DNA from: Azolla caroliniana
Lineage: Eukaryota > Plantae > Polypodiophyta
Assembly (NCBI GenBank): GCA_043228905.1
Contig: JBHGNT010000013.1
Location: 1,364,001 to 1,428,000, forward strand
Direction: 5' to 3'
DNA length: 64,000 nt
Program-made: the position numbers and the translations under genes
Part shown: positions 49,501-60,700 of the stretch, one piece after another
Layout: each line of letters starts with the position of its first letter
Numbering within the stretch: position 1 is the stretch's first letter
Notes under the pieces: generated by a model
What the model was told of the DNA's origin: nothing
The model's database searches: none
The model's input: the letters and a program-made list of their open reading frames with translations, nothing else

Positions 49501-50029
49501 AGAATGATATGGAATTCTCGTGAATCCCACGAGTATAGTTTATTAATTGGTGTTTTTTAGAAACATATCTAGTTTCTAAATATTTTTCACACACAATTAC
49601 ATTGTGCTCCCCATCCTTATGTAGTGATGAGGAAGTCTTAGTAATCTATGCTTTTTCTCTAACTATAGACCCCATGCTTTTCCTATAGATAGACTATATG
49701 CTTTATCTAAAGTGATCATGCTTTTTTCTAACTTGTGTGTTTTTTATCATGCACGCTAGATGTGTATGTGTAGCTTTTTCTTTTGTTATGCGTTTTTCTA
49801 ATGTTTATCCTAGCGTGAATTTACCTTTCTATGTGGGACATCTATGCTTTAACACTAATGAAATGCTAGTGTAATGGTAAGACATTACATTATTAACATG
49901 GAGGTGCAAGGTTCGAATCTTGCCCTATGCATGTTCCATTTATTTTGCTATTTTCTTCTATTTCTTCATTTTTTATTGAATCTAATACTATATACGTTTT
50001 TCACGTAGTGTACAAAATACACTACGACA
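46508..50029 (-). mobile_element. Gag-only LTR element E4 with inverted LTRs
   Basis: 728-bp LTR 46508-47235 in + orientation and 728-bp LTR 49302-50029 in - orientation. TSD GCGT at 46504-46507 and 50030-50033. PBS 49280-49297. PPT complement at 47241. Confidence 0.92.
47242..49263 (-). CDS. E4 gag-derived protein (~673 aa from first ATG), open to the PPT
   Basis: Nearly identical to the E3 protein but reads through the E3 stop. Confidence 0.85.
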   Translation of the reverse strand: MENQQEAMNMMMIMFERMQQEQRAMSEMKAAVERLLRRNGEFNGKGVSRYLREYKAEMMQYRIPEGLQVISFSRVASDELQERIHKIQQQNSTWESFEEALREAYDYERWTGRDRREFDEWVASEKTHRSATQAFLEFEHRFARLSEQERRLVGEDKVLMFVRSIDRKERMDIGIELEDDDGANGLTEDWAKVERVCRRHDERKLRISSTTTWPMKDGRLRKNDEANMKAEIQHDGTTGERVEQDTHSSCERTMAKDKANNSSVEGNFGIQVPETSGQKGVSIIDVCIIDADKECEADVIKEVATKDEIESEVAMDESMADCHIETSPPLIPETPAVAIERQRETEETEGGGEKTNVEADEYDEEIAEKNAKGETTKEGNTEDSCQQYLETSAVVSENQRETGETGDGGEEGKVGSRFGWKMIHPKFQSKRKCDNVEVGSTTGEARNTEHALRRIKKRVLWRIKKHTLRREKKHALQPHEDRTTSTYRRTYVANNGKKCRKSNRTRQMKTKKRKQIRTKRKEKKPTRKSTESVKTDQPSPDRPNTNRKGSRTRRKTIRRDRIGSKLIRLNRKSEKKSRLMKKRKRARKDTTADDKDQAGHAKSERRLWWIGYRQWFGWKEWMCSKWRDKVNITREVEGTTSRQRNQSGRDRTEETNKHQQLRHIPEDVRVWRG

Positions 50030-50946
50030 GCGTGCAATTCCGCTGCATGGGCTGGCCATGCCATCCATTTTTTTTCTAGCATCGTTTTCAATTGCGTTGT
50101 GAACCTCTCCCGATTTGTTTGTAGAAGGATACGCACGTTGTCTGTGATGGCCTAGCAACAGTTGCGTGCTTCCTCCACCGAATTCTTGAGGTTTCCAATT
50201 TCTTGTTGACTAACCGCCGCCACTTCTTCGTACATGGTCTTCAGGCCCGCCCACAACTGGGATTCCTTTGCATGGAGTTCTTATAATTTCCCCATTTCAT
50301 CGTTTAGGCGGATTTCGAGCTGATGCCTTCTTTCCTGTTCGCCCACCACCTGCTCGTCGAACCATACCTTCTTTTTCTCCAATAAGGTCCGGAGTCCCGT
50401 GATTGCCGCCTCTGATTTCTTCGCTTCCTCCCGTAACTAGGCAATTTCGTCTTTTGTCCGGATGTGATGTGCTACCTCCGCAACAAGTTTCTCTTCAAGG
50501 GTTTTTACTGCCTGGATCTCCTTTTCCCTGTCTGAGGATTGGCGTAGTTCAACTCGAAGGCGGTCAATTTCTAATTCCGCTAGTTGTACGGCCCTTTTTT
50601 CTTTTGAGGCAATGGCGGTCTGAGCCTCAATCTCTTCTTCAAGGCGTCGATGGCGTGGTTTGGTGGTGGAGTTGCCTGTTGCGCCGTAGTTGCGTTAGTT
50701 TCCAACTCCGTGATGCGTTCGTTGGCATTTTGCAGCTCGGCTTGGATCAGTTTCACCTTCTTCTAGATATTCTTATTTTTAATGGCCATCTCCTTTGCCA
50801 ATTCCCTATGGACTTCCACTAGGGCCGTGTTTAATGGGGGTAGCTCCATCCCCACTCGGCGTATACCAGTGTTCCTCTGTCTGCCGACTCTAGCTAGTCG
50901 GTCCTCATCGTCGCTCTCCGCCGTTTGTGTTAGGGCGTGCTCGATC

Positions 50947-51678
50947 TGTTAGGAGATAGGTCCCCGAAACCGGATGCAGTGTACCCGGCTACGGAAGACC
51001 CGGTGAGAACCGGATGTGGTGTACCCGGCTACGGAGGACCCGGTGAGAACCGAGCAAACTTAGAGTAGTAGAAGTTGTCATTCTTATTGGTGCAAGAAGA
51101 GAGAGCGCGTAATATTGTATAGATAGATAGATAGATAGATTATATTATTGTCTTCGGAGATCAAATATGACCTATGAGACCAAAAATATTACATTTCACG
51201 TGATACGTGTGAAAGTGAGTAGTGACTCTCAATGTTCAAGAACTTTACCAATGAATGTTGCAATCGAGAGTGCACATTGTGGTTGTGAGAGGAATTCATG
51301 CAAAGATTGGGCTCGATCGAAGAGATGTGGAAAGCATGGTCGAATATGGTCAAAGGCAGAGCATTGTATCAAAGTGTGATACTCAGACTCGCGAACTTGT
51401 TTAGGGCAAAGTGTGCATAGCCGACCACTCTCATCACTTGTACCCCAACGCCCTGTTGTAACTGTTGCTTGTGGCGAAGATCATGAGCACGAGGTCGTTG
51501 CCTCCGTGAGCTCACTGTTGTAATCTTTGTAATATAGTGATAGTTTGGAGTTTGTGGACTCCCGTGGTTTTCCCCTCTCAGGGTTTTCCACGTTAAACAT
51601 CTTGTGTACTATTCTCTCCTTTGTGTCGTGCGTTTCATTTCCCGTTTTCTGTGCATAGAGAGCATGCAATTCCTGACA
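50947..51678 (+). mobile_element. Solo LTR, 732 bp, copia (Tnt1/Tork)-like
   Basis: TGTTAGG...CCTGACA; TSD CGATC at 50942-50946 and 51679-51683; CCCGTGGTTTTCCC..GGGTTTTCCACGTTAAA motif near the 3' end; ~40-bp tandem duplication at 50970-51050. Confidence 0.88.
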
Positions 51679-54180
51679 CGATCATCTGGCGCTCCACATG
51701 CTCCTAGGCCATTCGCTGTACGGCCTTTATCTGTTGCGTTGCTAGGAATTCCATGAGCTCAAAAGAGGTTCCGAACTGCAAGAGGGCGCTAAACTCATGG
51801 GCCATGTCCGGGATATCTAGATATGCCAAAACCTCGCTTTCCACCATCAATACGGCTTTCCCTCGTTGTGACTAGGCCGCAATGATCAGCCGTGGCTCCC
51901 GGATGATTTCGAAGGTGGTGTTGGGCTCCATAGCTGCGGAGCCATCGCCTTCGGTCGTTGTCTCTGCCGCCGCGGGGACGTCCTTGACTAATCCCCACCC
52001 ATCTTTCCTGTCCAACCTTCGCCGTTTCGGTCTGGGGTTATGCTGCCGTGTTTCGGCGTCTAGCTCTGGGGCTGCTTCCGCGGAGCGCGCCGCCTGTTCT
52101 TCCTGCGTCGTCCGTGTGTCTGGCTACGTGGGTTGGGGTTCCTCTTCCCACTTTGTGGCAGCTAACTCCGCTAACCCGCGCTTCGTAGATCGGGGTGGAG
52201 GCATGCGTCTACTGGGTTACGGTGCCGGCAGGCCTCGGGGTGGGAACAACACCGTCAGGTACTGTTGTATGATCGGCCTGAGCTTCTTGCCTCCCTGATA
52301 CACATGCAGGCCTTCCCTTAACGCCGGCCTCGTACCGCATGCCCTTCAAAGGTATCAATAATGATACCCACCTTCTGCTTGGGCATCCCATATGCGTTGA
52401 CGTGTACGCATCCGACCTCTAATAGGGACTTGGCGACTTCTCGGAAGAAGGGATCCGGGATCTGCTTCGTTCTATAGGCCTTGGAGGAGGAATATGGGCC
52501 GAAATATCTCTGCAACACTTTTGCAGGAGGGATTTCGAAATGCCTCTCGCCTAGTGATTACAGGTCCAACTTTTTCCGGATGGAAGAGTTGGTGACCGTG
52601 TCGATATTAACTTTTCTGGCGATGTCCATCGCATCCGGGTGTGGAGGTGCCTCTGCGACCCGGATGTACCCATCCAGGCATTTCTCCACGAGCCATCGGC
52701 GTAAGGTGGTAGAGATAAAGATCGGCATCGCCAGATTAGGCTCATGGGGAGGAGACTGGTAGTTGTGGTGGGTTGGAGTTCTGTGAGAGGATGGAGGAGA
52801 ACGTGAGGGAGGGGAGCGATGAGAGCGTTGAGAGTTAGAAGGTGGGTTTCTGTTTTGTACAGAAGATCTTCGATTTTCTTCTTTTTGTGGCCTAGGCTTC
52901 ATTGGGCAGTGAGCCATCGTGGTGCCGCGTGTTCTTAATCTAGGAGTCTGTGCATGCATTCAGTCCTTTTTCTTTAATAGCGTCGCTATCTTCTCTCTTT
53001 TTTTCTTTTTCTTTTTCGTAACAGTTACATACAACCTATTTGTACATTATGATGCAAGTGGGGCCGTCCACTTACGCCGCGGGTTCTCTGGATTTGTCCC
53101 ATCTAGCGGTAAATGGGTTAGGTGGCGTAGGGCCCAGGTAAGGTTTAAGGCGGAACCTATTCACTTTTTGTCGTAAGACTTCCCCAACCAGCGTGCCTAG
53201 TTGGAACGTACCTTGTTCCGCTCCTATTATCCAGTACGGGCATGTCCAACGGAATTGTAACTTCCCTGGCATATGGCCCATGCGGGTTTGGAAAACCAGT
53301 ACCGCTGGACCGACCACGAAATCCTTTTCCCGTGCGTTCCGATGTCAATCCACAAACGCTTTACACCGTCATTGTTCCTACTCCAACACGGCCATGCTAT
53401 GTACATGTTTTTCGCCGACCCTAAACCTCCTCCGACTTAGCTTCCGATAGTCGGTCCCGTACCTGAATCCGTAAACTGGGTATCTAAAACTCTACCGCCA
53501 TCACGGCCTCCAGCCCAAACGCTAGTCGAAACGGTGTTGACTGTATGCTTGTTTTGTAGCTGGTTCTGTACGCCCATAACGCACTCTGTAATTTGGTATC
53601 CCAGTCCATACTATTTTCGTTCACGATTTTCTTTAAGATGGTCTGCAACGTCTTGTTGGTGGATTCCGCTAACCCATTCGCCTATGGGTAATATGGCATA
53701 CTTTTCTTGTGGACTACGGCGTAATGATGCGTTAGTTCTCGAACGATTGTATTCAGAAAGTGGCTCCCCTAGTCATTGATAAGCTCAATCGTGCAGCTGA
53801 ACTGACACCAGATGTGTTCGTAAAGGAATCTCGCTGTGACGGCTGCTGTATTCTCTCGTAGTGCCTTTGCTTCTACCCACTTGGTGCAGTAATCCATGGC
53901 TACCAATATGTATTTATTGCCTGTACGGGCCTCCACCGGTGTCAAGGGGCCCACAAAATCCAATCCCCAGTTTTGGAAGGGATCTAACGGTAATACGGGC
54001 TGATGGGGCATCCTTGTGCCCTCCGTGGGTTGGCCCATCCGTTGACACAAATCACACTTCCTGCAATACTCGTATGCATCCTTCTGTGTAGTCGGCCACC
54101 ATAGGCCTGCTTGCCATATCTTCTGGGCTGTAACATCACCCGCGTAATGACCGCCTACCGTACCGCAGTGACCCTCCCGT

Positions 54181-57100
54181 TGTCGTGCCTTTCGGCTCCG
54201 GATCGTTTGCGTGAGTCGGGTGGGAACCACCGGGGTTTTGGACTAGGAAGAGGAGAGTTTTAAGGCTAATAAGAATATAAATATGTTGTAAGAAAGAGTT
54301 ATAGCAAACTCGTGAATCCCACGAGTGTATTGTATTAGATTAATCAATATGAATATAAGAATATAAACTTCGGTTGAAAGAGAATGATATAGAATTCTCG
54401 TGAATCCCACGAGTATAGTTTATTAATTGGTGTTTTTTAGAAACATATTCAGTTTCCAAATATTTTTCACACGCCTATTACATTGTGCTCCCCATCCTTA
54501 TGTAGTGATGGGAGAGACTAAGCATAACTACATGCTTTTTTTTCTAATATGTTCATGCACACTAAATGTGCATGTGATGCTTTTCTAATCCTTGCTTTTA
54601 TTTGCTAAATATAGTGCTCATGCACGCTAGATGTGCATGAGTCACTTTTTAGTTGCTTGCGTTTTTCTATAAAATATTCACGCACTCTAAAAAATACATG
54701 ATTTACCTTTTAATAAAGGTAGGCGCAAATAAAGCAGTTATAGTTATTAAATCTATTTATGAAACACTAAAGATAAGGTAGCATAATGGTAAAGTTGAGA
54801 TTTGGCTACGTGGAGGTACAAGGTTCAAATCTTGCCCTATGCACGTGATAAATATTTTGATATTCTTATTTTATTTATTTATATGTAATTAAATCGTTTA
54901 TATTATTTTTACTTTTTCACGTAGTGTACGAAATACACTACGACACTCGCCCCCTCCGAACCCGCACATCCTCCGGTATGTGCCGAAGTTGCCGATGCTC
55001 GTTGTCTCCCCTTCATCCTCTGTTTGTCTCGCTATGTCAACTTTGTCTCTCCATTTTCAGTAGACCCATTCTTTCCACCCGAACCATTGTCGCCATCCGA
55101 TCCACCATATTCTTTGTTCTCTCTCGTCATATTCTTGGCCCTTGTCATTCGTGGTAGTGTCTTTTACTGGCCTCTTTCTTGTCTTCATCAACCTTGACTT
55201 TTTTCCGGATCGCTCTCGTCCGATCAACTTTCGGTTTGATCGGCTTCCGATCGGATTCGTATTCGGCCGAATCGGAATCGGTTGTTCGGTTTCGATTGAG
55301 TCGGTCTCCTTCCGCCCCGGTTTCGATCTATCGGTTTCGGTTTCGGTTTCGATCTATCGGCTTTCTTTTCCTCGTTTTCACCAGCCTCGACCGGTCCAAC
55401 CTTCGGTTGAGTCGGATTAGCTTCTTTCTGGATCGGTCTCGTCCGATCGGCTTTCGGCTAGGTCGGCTTCCATCCATATTCGCGTTCGGCCAAGTCAAAC
55501 TCAGTCGATCGGTTTTGATCGAGTCGACCCCTTTTCGGGTCGGCTTTCTTTCGGTTCGTCTTTCGGCCGAATCCTCATTCGCCCGGTTCGGCTTTCGTTT
55601 GTGTCGTCTTTCGGCCGAATTCTCTTCCTTTCGGTTCGGCTTTCTTTCGGGTCGACTTTCGGTCGAATCCTCTTTTACCCGGTTAGGCTTTCTTTCGGAT
55701 CGGAATCCCGTCCGGATCACCTTCCATCCGAACCGGCTTCCGACTTTACCTTTCTTGCCGCCACCTCCCATCTCTCCGGTCTCACGTTGCTTCTCAGACA
55801 CAACCGCCGAAGTCTCTAGGATTAGTGGGTAGGAATCCTCGGTATTATCATCCTCTGTCATTTCAACCATAGCCTCCTTCTCGGCTATCTCTCTGTCGTA
55901 TGAATCGGCTTCGACCTTTGTTTTCTCTCCACCACCTTCCGTCTCTTCGGTCTCACGTTGCCTTTCGAACGCAACCGCCGGAGTCTCTAGAATCAGTGGT
56001 GGGGAAGTCTCGATATGGCCATCCGTCGTTGTTTCGTCCATAGCCACCTTCGATTCGATGTCATCTTTCGTGGCGATCTCCTCAATCAAGTCCTCTTTGC
56101 TCTCTTTCACTGCATCAATTATGCAAACATCAATTATGCTTACCCCTTTTTCACCCGATGTTTCGGACACTTGTATTCCGAAATCTTCTTCTACACTTGG
56201 GTTATCGGCCTTATCCTTTGTCGTTGTTCTTTCGCAAGACAAGAGGGTAGCTTGTTTTACACCCTCTTCCGTCGGACCATCATGTTGTATTTCGGCCTTC
56301 ATATCGGCTCCATCGTTTGTCTTCAATCGACCATCCTTCATCGGCCATGTCGTTGGCAAGATTCTCATCTTCCTCTCATCATGTCTCCGGCATACCCTTT
56401 GGACTTCGGCCCAATTTTCGGTAAGACCATTAGTACCGTCATCGTCTTCGAGTTCGATCCCGATGTCCATCCTTTCTTTTCGATCGATCGATTTTACGAA
56501 CATTAGGACTTTATCCTCCCCCACCAACCGTTGTTCCCGCTCCGAGAGTTGAGCAAGACGATGCTCGAACTCTAGGAATGCTTGTGTTGTACTTCGGTGG
56601 GTCTTCTCCGATGCCACCCATTCATCGAACTCTCGCCGATCTCGTCCCTTCGGTCTATCGTAATCATATGCCTCTCGTAAAGCTTCTTCGAATGACCCCC
56701 ATGTCAAGTTTTGTTGCCGTATCTTGTGGATTCTCTCTTGTAGCTCATCCGTGGCCACCCGACTGAAGGATGTCATTTGCAATCCTTCCGGTATCCCACA
56801 TCGTATCATCTCCGCCTTGTACTCACGTAGATAGCGTGACACATCGTTTCCGTTGAATTGTCCGTTTCGTTGTACGAGCCGCTTTACTGCCCCCGTGATC
56901 TCCGACATCACTCGTTGTTCTTGTAGCATCCGCTCGAACATCATCATCATCGTTATACTCATCGCCTCTTGTTGATTCTCCATCTCCTTGCCACCCGCCT
57001 TCACGTCGGGTTCACCAACTGTGTCGTGCCTTTCGGCTCCGGATCGTTTGCGTGAGTCGGGTGGGAACCACCGGGGTTTTGGACTAGGAAGAGGAGAGTT

Positions 57101-57785
57101 TTAAGGCTAATAAGAATATAAATATGTTGTAAGAAAGAGTTATAGCAAACTCGTGAATCCCACGAGTGTATTGTATTAGATTAATCAATATGAATATAAG
57201 AATATAAACTTCGGTTGAAAGAGAATGATATAGAATTCTCGTGAATCCCACGAGTATAGTTTATTAATTGGTGTTTTTTAGAAACATATCCAGTTTCCAA
57301 ATATTTTTCACACGCCTATTACATTGTGCTCCCCATCCTTATGTAGTGATGGGAGAGACTAAGCATAACTACATGCTTTTTTTTCTAATATGTTCATGCA
57401 CACTAAATGTGCATGTGATGCTTTTCTAATCCTTGCTTTTATTTGCTAAATATAGTGCTCATGCACGCTAGATGTGCATGAGTCACTTTTTAGTTGCTTG
57501 CGTTTTTCTATAAAATATTCACGCACTCTAAAAAATACATGATTTACCTTTTAATAAAGGTAGGCGCAAATAAAGCAGTTATAGTTATTAAATCTATTTA
57601 TGGAACACTAAAGATAAGGTAGCATAATGGTAAAGTTGAGATTTGGCTACGTGGAGGTACAAGGTTCAAATCTTGCCCTATGCACGTGATAAATATTTTG
57701 ATATTCTTATTTTATTTATTTATATGTAATTAAATCGTTTATATTATTTTTACTTTTCACGTAGTGTACGAAATACACTACGACA
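54181..57785 (-). mobile_element. Gag-only LTR element E5, tRNA-Trp family
   Basis: LTRs 54181-54945 and 57022-57785; TSD CCGT at 54177-54180 and 57786-57789; PBS 57000-57017; PPT complement at 54946. Confidence 0.95.
55328..56983 (-). CDS. E5 gag-derived protein with a repetitive basic tail (ERKPNR..EDS units)
   Basis: Homologous to the E3/E4 proteins up to GKVGSRFGWK, with a diverged tail. Confidence 0.8.
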   Translation of the reverse strand: MENQQEAMSITMMMMFERMLQEQRVMSEITGAVKRLVQRNGQFNGNDVSRYLREYKAEMIRCGIPEGLQMTSFSRVATDELQERIHKIRQQNLTWGSFEEALREAYDYDRPKGRDRREFDEWVASEKTHRSTTQAFLEFEHRLAQLSEREQRLVGEDKVLMFVKSIDRKERMDIGIELEDDDGTNGLTENWAEVQRVCRRHDERKMRILPTTWPMKDGRLKTNDGADMKAEIQHDGPTEEGVKQATLLSCERTTTKDKADNPSVEEDFGIQVSETSGEKGVSIIDVCIIDAVKESKEDLIEEIATKDDIESKVAMDETTTDGHIETSPPLILETPAVAFERQRETEETEGGGEKTKVEADSYDREIAEKEAMVEMTEDDNTEDSYPLILETSAVVSEKQRETGEMGGGGKKGKVGSRFGWKVIRTGFRSERKPNRVKEDSTESRPERKPNRKEENSAERRHKRKPNRANEDSAERRTERKPTRKGVDSIKTDRLSLTWPNANMDGSRPSRKPIGRDRSRKKLIRLNRRLDRSRLVKTRKRKPIDRNRNRNR

Positions 57786-60700
57786 CCGTAAGACTGGTTC
57801 TTTATCATCCTGACGTACCATGTGTCACCAAATGCCATCACTTCCTTTGTGATATAAAATTCCTTCTACCAGACAGAAGTTACGGCTTCGGACGGCTAAT
57901 CGTTTCTTCTTGTCCGTGCGTAATTGTGGTGGAGGTAGTCCCGTAATAAAAAAGTATGTCATTTCCATAAGCCATCGGTCCAAAAAGGTCAATTCCGTTC
58001 TTTCTGCTAGTGCTGCTACCCGCAGAATGTCGGTGTCCGGAAAGTCGTCGTCGTTCTTCTGTATTGTTTCTCCATTATTGAGTCAGCTCAAAAAATCTGC
58101 CACTACGTGTTGCGTCCCCGGACGGTGCGGAATTACAAAATCGAATTCTTGAAGTAGCAGCATCCATCGCGCCAATTTCCCCGTAAGGGCTTGTTTCTCC
58201 ACCAAATATAGAAGTGCCGAATGATCCATGTGGGACGTGAATTTCCTCCCTAATAAATAATGCCGGAATTTATTGATGCTATAGATCATCCCTAGCGCCT
58301 CCCGCTCCGTTGTGGAATAGTTACACTCAGCTGTTGATAATTTGCGGCTAGTGTAGTACATTGGCCGATACCAAATTGGCTCGGTGAGCTGCATTACCAC
58401 GTGGAATGGCTTTGCCCAAACTGGTGGTTGTACGACGGGGGCCTGTGTGAGCATTATCTTAAGCGCCTCATAGGCCTTGTCCTCCGTTGCAGTCCATTGG
58501 AAGGGAGTCTGGTGCACGGCAGCATGTAACGGCGTGGCGAAGTCCGCCAAGTATCGTATCATTCGACTATGCCATCGTATTTGTCCTAAAAACCGGTTGA
58601 GGGATTTTGTGTTTGTCGGAGTTTTGGCTTGCGTAATCGCAGAGATCTTGTTTGGATCGACCGCTATTCCATCCTTGTTGACTATATGGCCTAGGAGGGT
58701 CCCGTTGGTCACGCCGAAGGCACATTTCGCGGGATTCAGGCTTAAGCGTGCGGTGCGGCAATGTTCCAGGCACAATTGCAGATGCGTAAAATGGTCTATT
58801 GTTTTCCCATATACCGCAAAGTCGTCTAAAAAAACTTGCATGAACGCTGGAATATATTCTCCAAAGATCTCCGTAATTGTCCGTTGAAATGTTGTCGGCG
58901 CCGTCTTTAGCCCGAACATCATGACGACTGCCACATAGACTCCCCAGTCCGTGACAAATGTCGTCTTCTCTTGGTCATTGGGATGCATGCGTACCTGGTT
59001 ATAATCACTGAAGCCGTCTAAAAAGTTGTACATCTCATGTCCTACAACGGCGTCTAGTACGCTATCAGTGAATGGTAACGGGAATGCGTCCGTAATTGTT
59101 ACGACGTTTAATTTTCGGTAATCCACGCTTACACGTATTTTGCCGTTTTTCTTTGGAACGACTACTATCAGACTTAACCATGTGGCTTGTTTAATTGGCC
59201 GTATGAATCCCGCCTTTAGGAGTTTCTCAATTTCTTCTTTTACGCGGGTCGTGTAGTTCGGGTTCATGCGGTAGCGGCGCTGCTGCACCGTTTTTGCGTC
59301 GGTTGCTAAATTGATCTTATGTTGATAGAACTTCGGATCTAACCCCTTCATGTCCTCATGAGCCCAGGCGAACACATCTTTATATTTCTTGAGTAGTTTG
59401 ATCATCGCGTCTCTCTAGTCCAGACTTAATTCTTTTGCAATGGAGAGAAAATGGGGTTCTGACGTCGTACCCACGTTTACTTCTTCCAAGGCGGAGGCGG
59501 TGACGCGTCGTGAAATTTCCATTTCCCTCTCGAATGTTGCGCGTGCTCTGCTTAGTTCCAAGATTGACTACGGGTTTGGTTCGTAAGCCTCGTCGTGGAG
59601 AGTAGTGGCCGTGGCATATTTTGCAGCAGTTGCGATGACATTGATTTCGAACAGCGGAATGACCCGAGGTTGCTCGTCTAGGTATGCCTCTAATTCTGCA
59701 TCGTCCACCCCAGCCAACATATATATATCTTCTGCGTATAATGGTGTTATACCCTTGGATTGTGTCGCGCTTGCCTCCGTAGGTACGCGAACCTTAGTGT
59801 GTCCGTGTCGGAAACTGATACACTTGTGTTGCCAGCTCTGCTTGATGTTTGCTCCCCGAAGCCACAGTCTGCCCAACAGCACAAGGTATGCCCCTAGGGC
59901 CTCCAAGGCGAGGATTACCGCCAAGATGTCGAAGCGATGTCCGCCCACGATAATGCCTATCTTGCGTATCAACCCCAATGGTCGTACTGAGTGGGTATCT
60001 GCCATATGGAGCCAGAATGGGCAAGCCTCCCATTCTGAAATGCCTAATTGCTCGCATGTTTTCGCGCTAATCACATTAATGCATGAGCCTCCATCGATTA
60101 CGCATCCTGGGATTTCCTGTCCGTCTAATATCAATGTAATAGCCGGGTTGTGGTGATGCACTACAAGTGGTCCGTCACTAACGTCCATAAGGTTCGTAGC
60201 GACACTCACCCCGGGTATGCCCGTCACCCGTTCTTCCATGGTCTGGCGGAAGCGTGGGACTAGCTGCAACAACTTCTCCATGGTTAACGTTTTCTCGCAA
60301 CCTGCTAACGCTTGCCAAATGGGGTTCGGGGCCGGTCCTTCGTCCTCCACTCGCTCCATCGTATTCACGGACTCTTTCCGCATGCGCTCTGTATTTGTCG
60401 CGTTTCTTTTTCAACCCATGCTTGGGCTTGTCGTCGTATCTCATCTTGCGCAGCCCAATCAACCGTTTTTGTTTGCTGGCGTGTCATGACTTGCTACACT
60501 TCCGCCGTAATCGTATTGATGGTGGGCCCCTTGCCCTTGCAGGCTGGGCATTGTGTGGCATAATGTCCGGGTTGCTAACAAACAAAACAATGGATGCTCA
60601 ATTCGCCCTTCTCGGCTCCTAGTGGTGTGTGCCGATCCCCTGGTGCGACTTGCTCTTAACGGTCCGGCCTCGTTTGTCGAAATGTACGCGGTGGTTGTTT

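Larger units (their letters stand above)
45814..52917 (-). pseudogene. Gypsy C additional 3' ORF (Pro-rich start, coiled-coil-like, acidic tail), interrupted by a solo LTR and E4
   Basis: Sense-strand ORF fragments 52558-52959, 52318-52518, 52209-52391 and 45814-46464 lie between integrase and the 3' LTR. Short similarity to the element B ORF. Confidence 0.6.
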
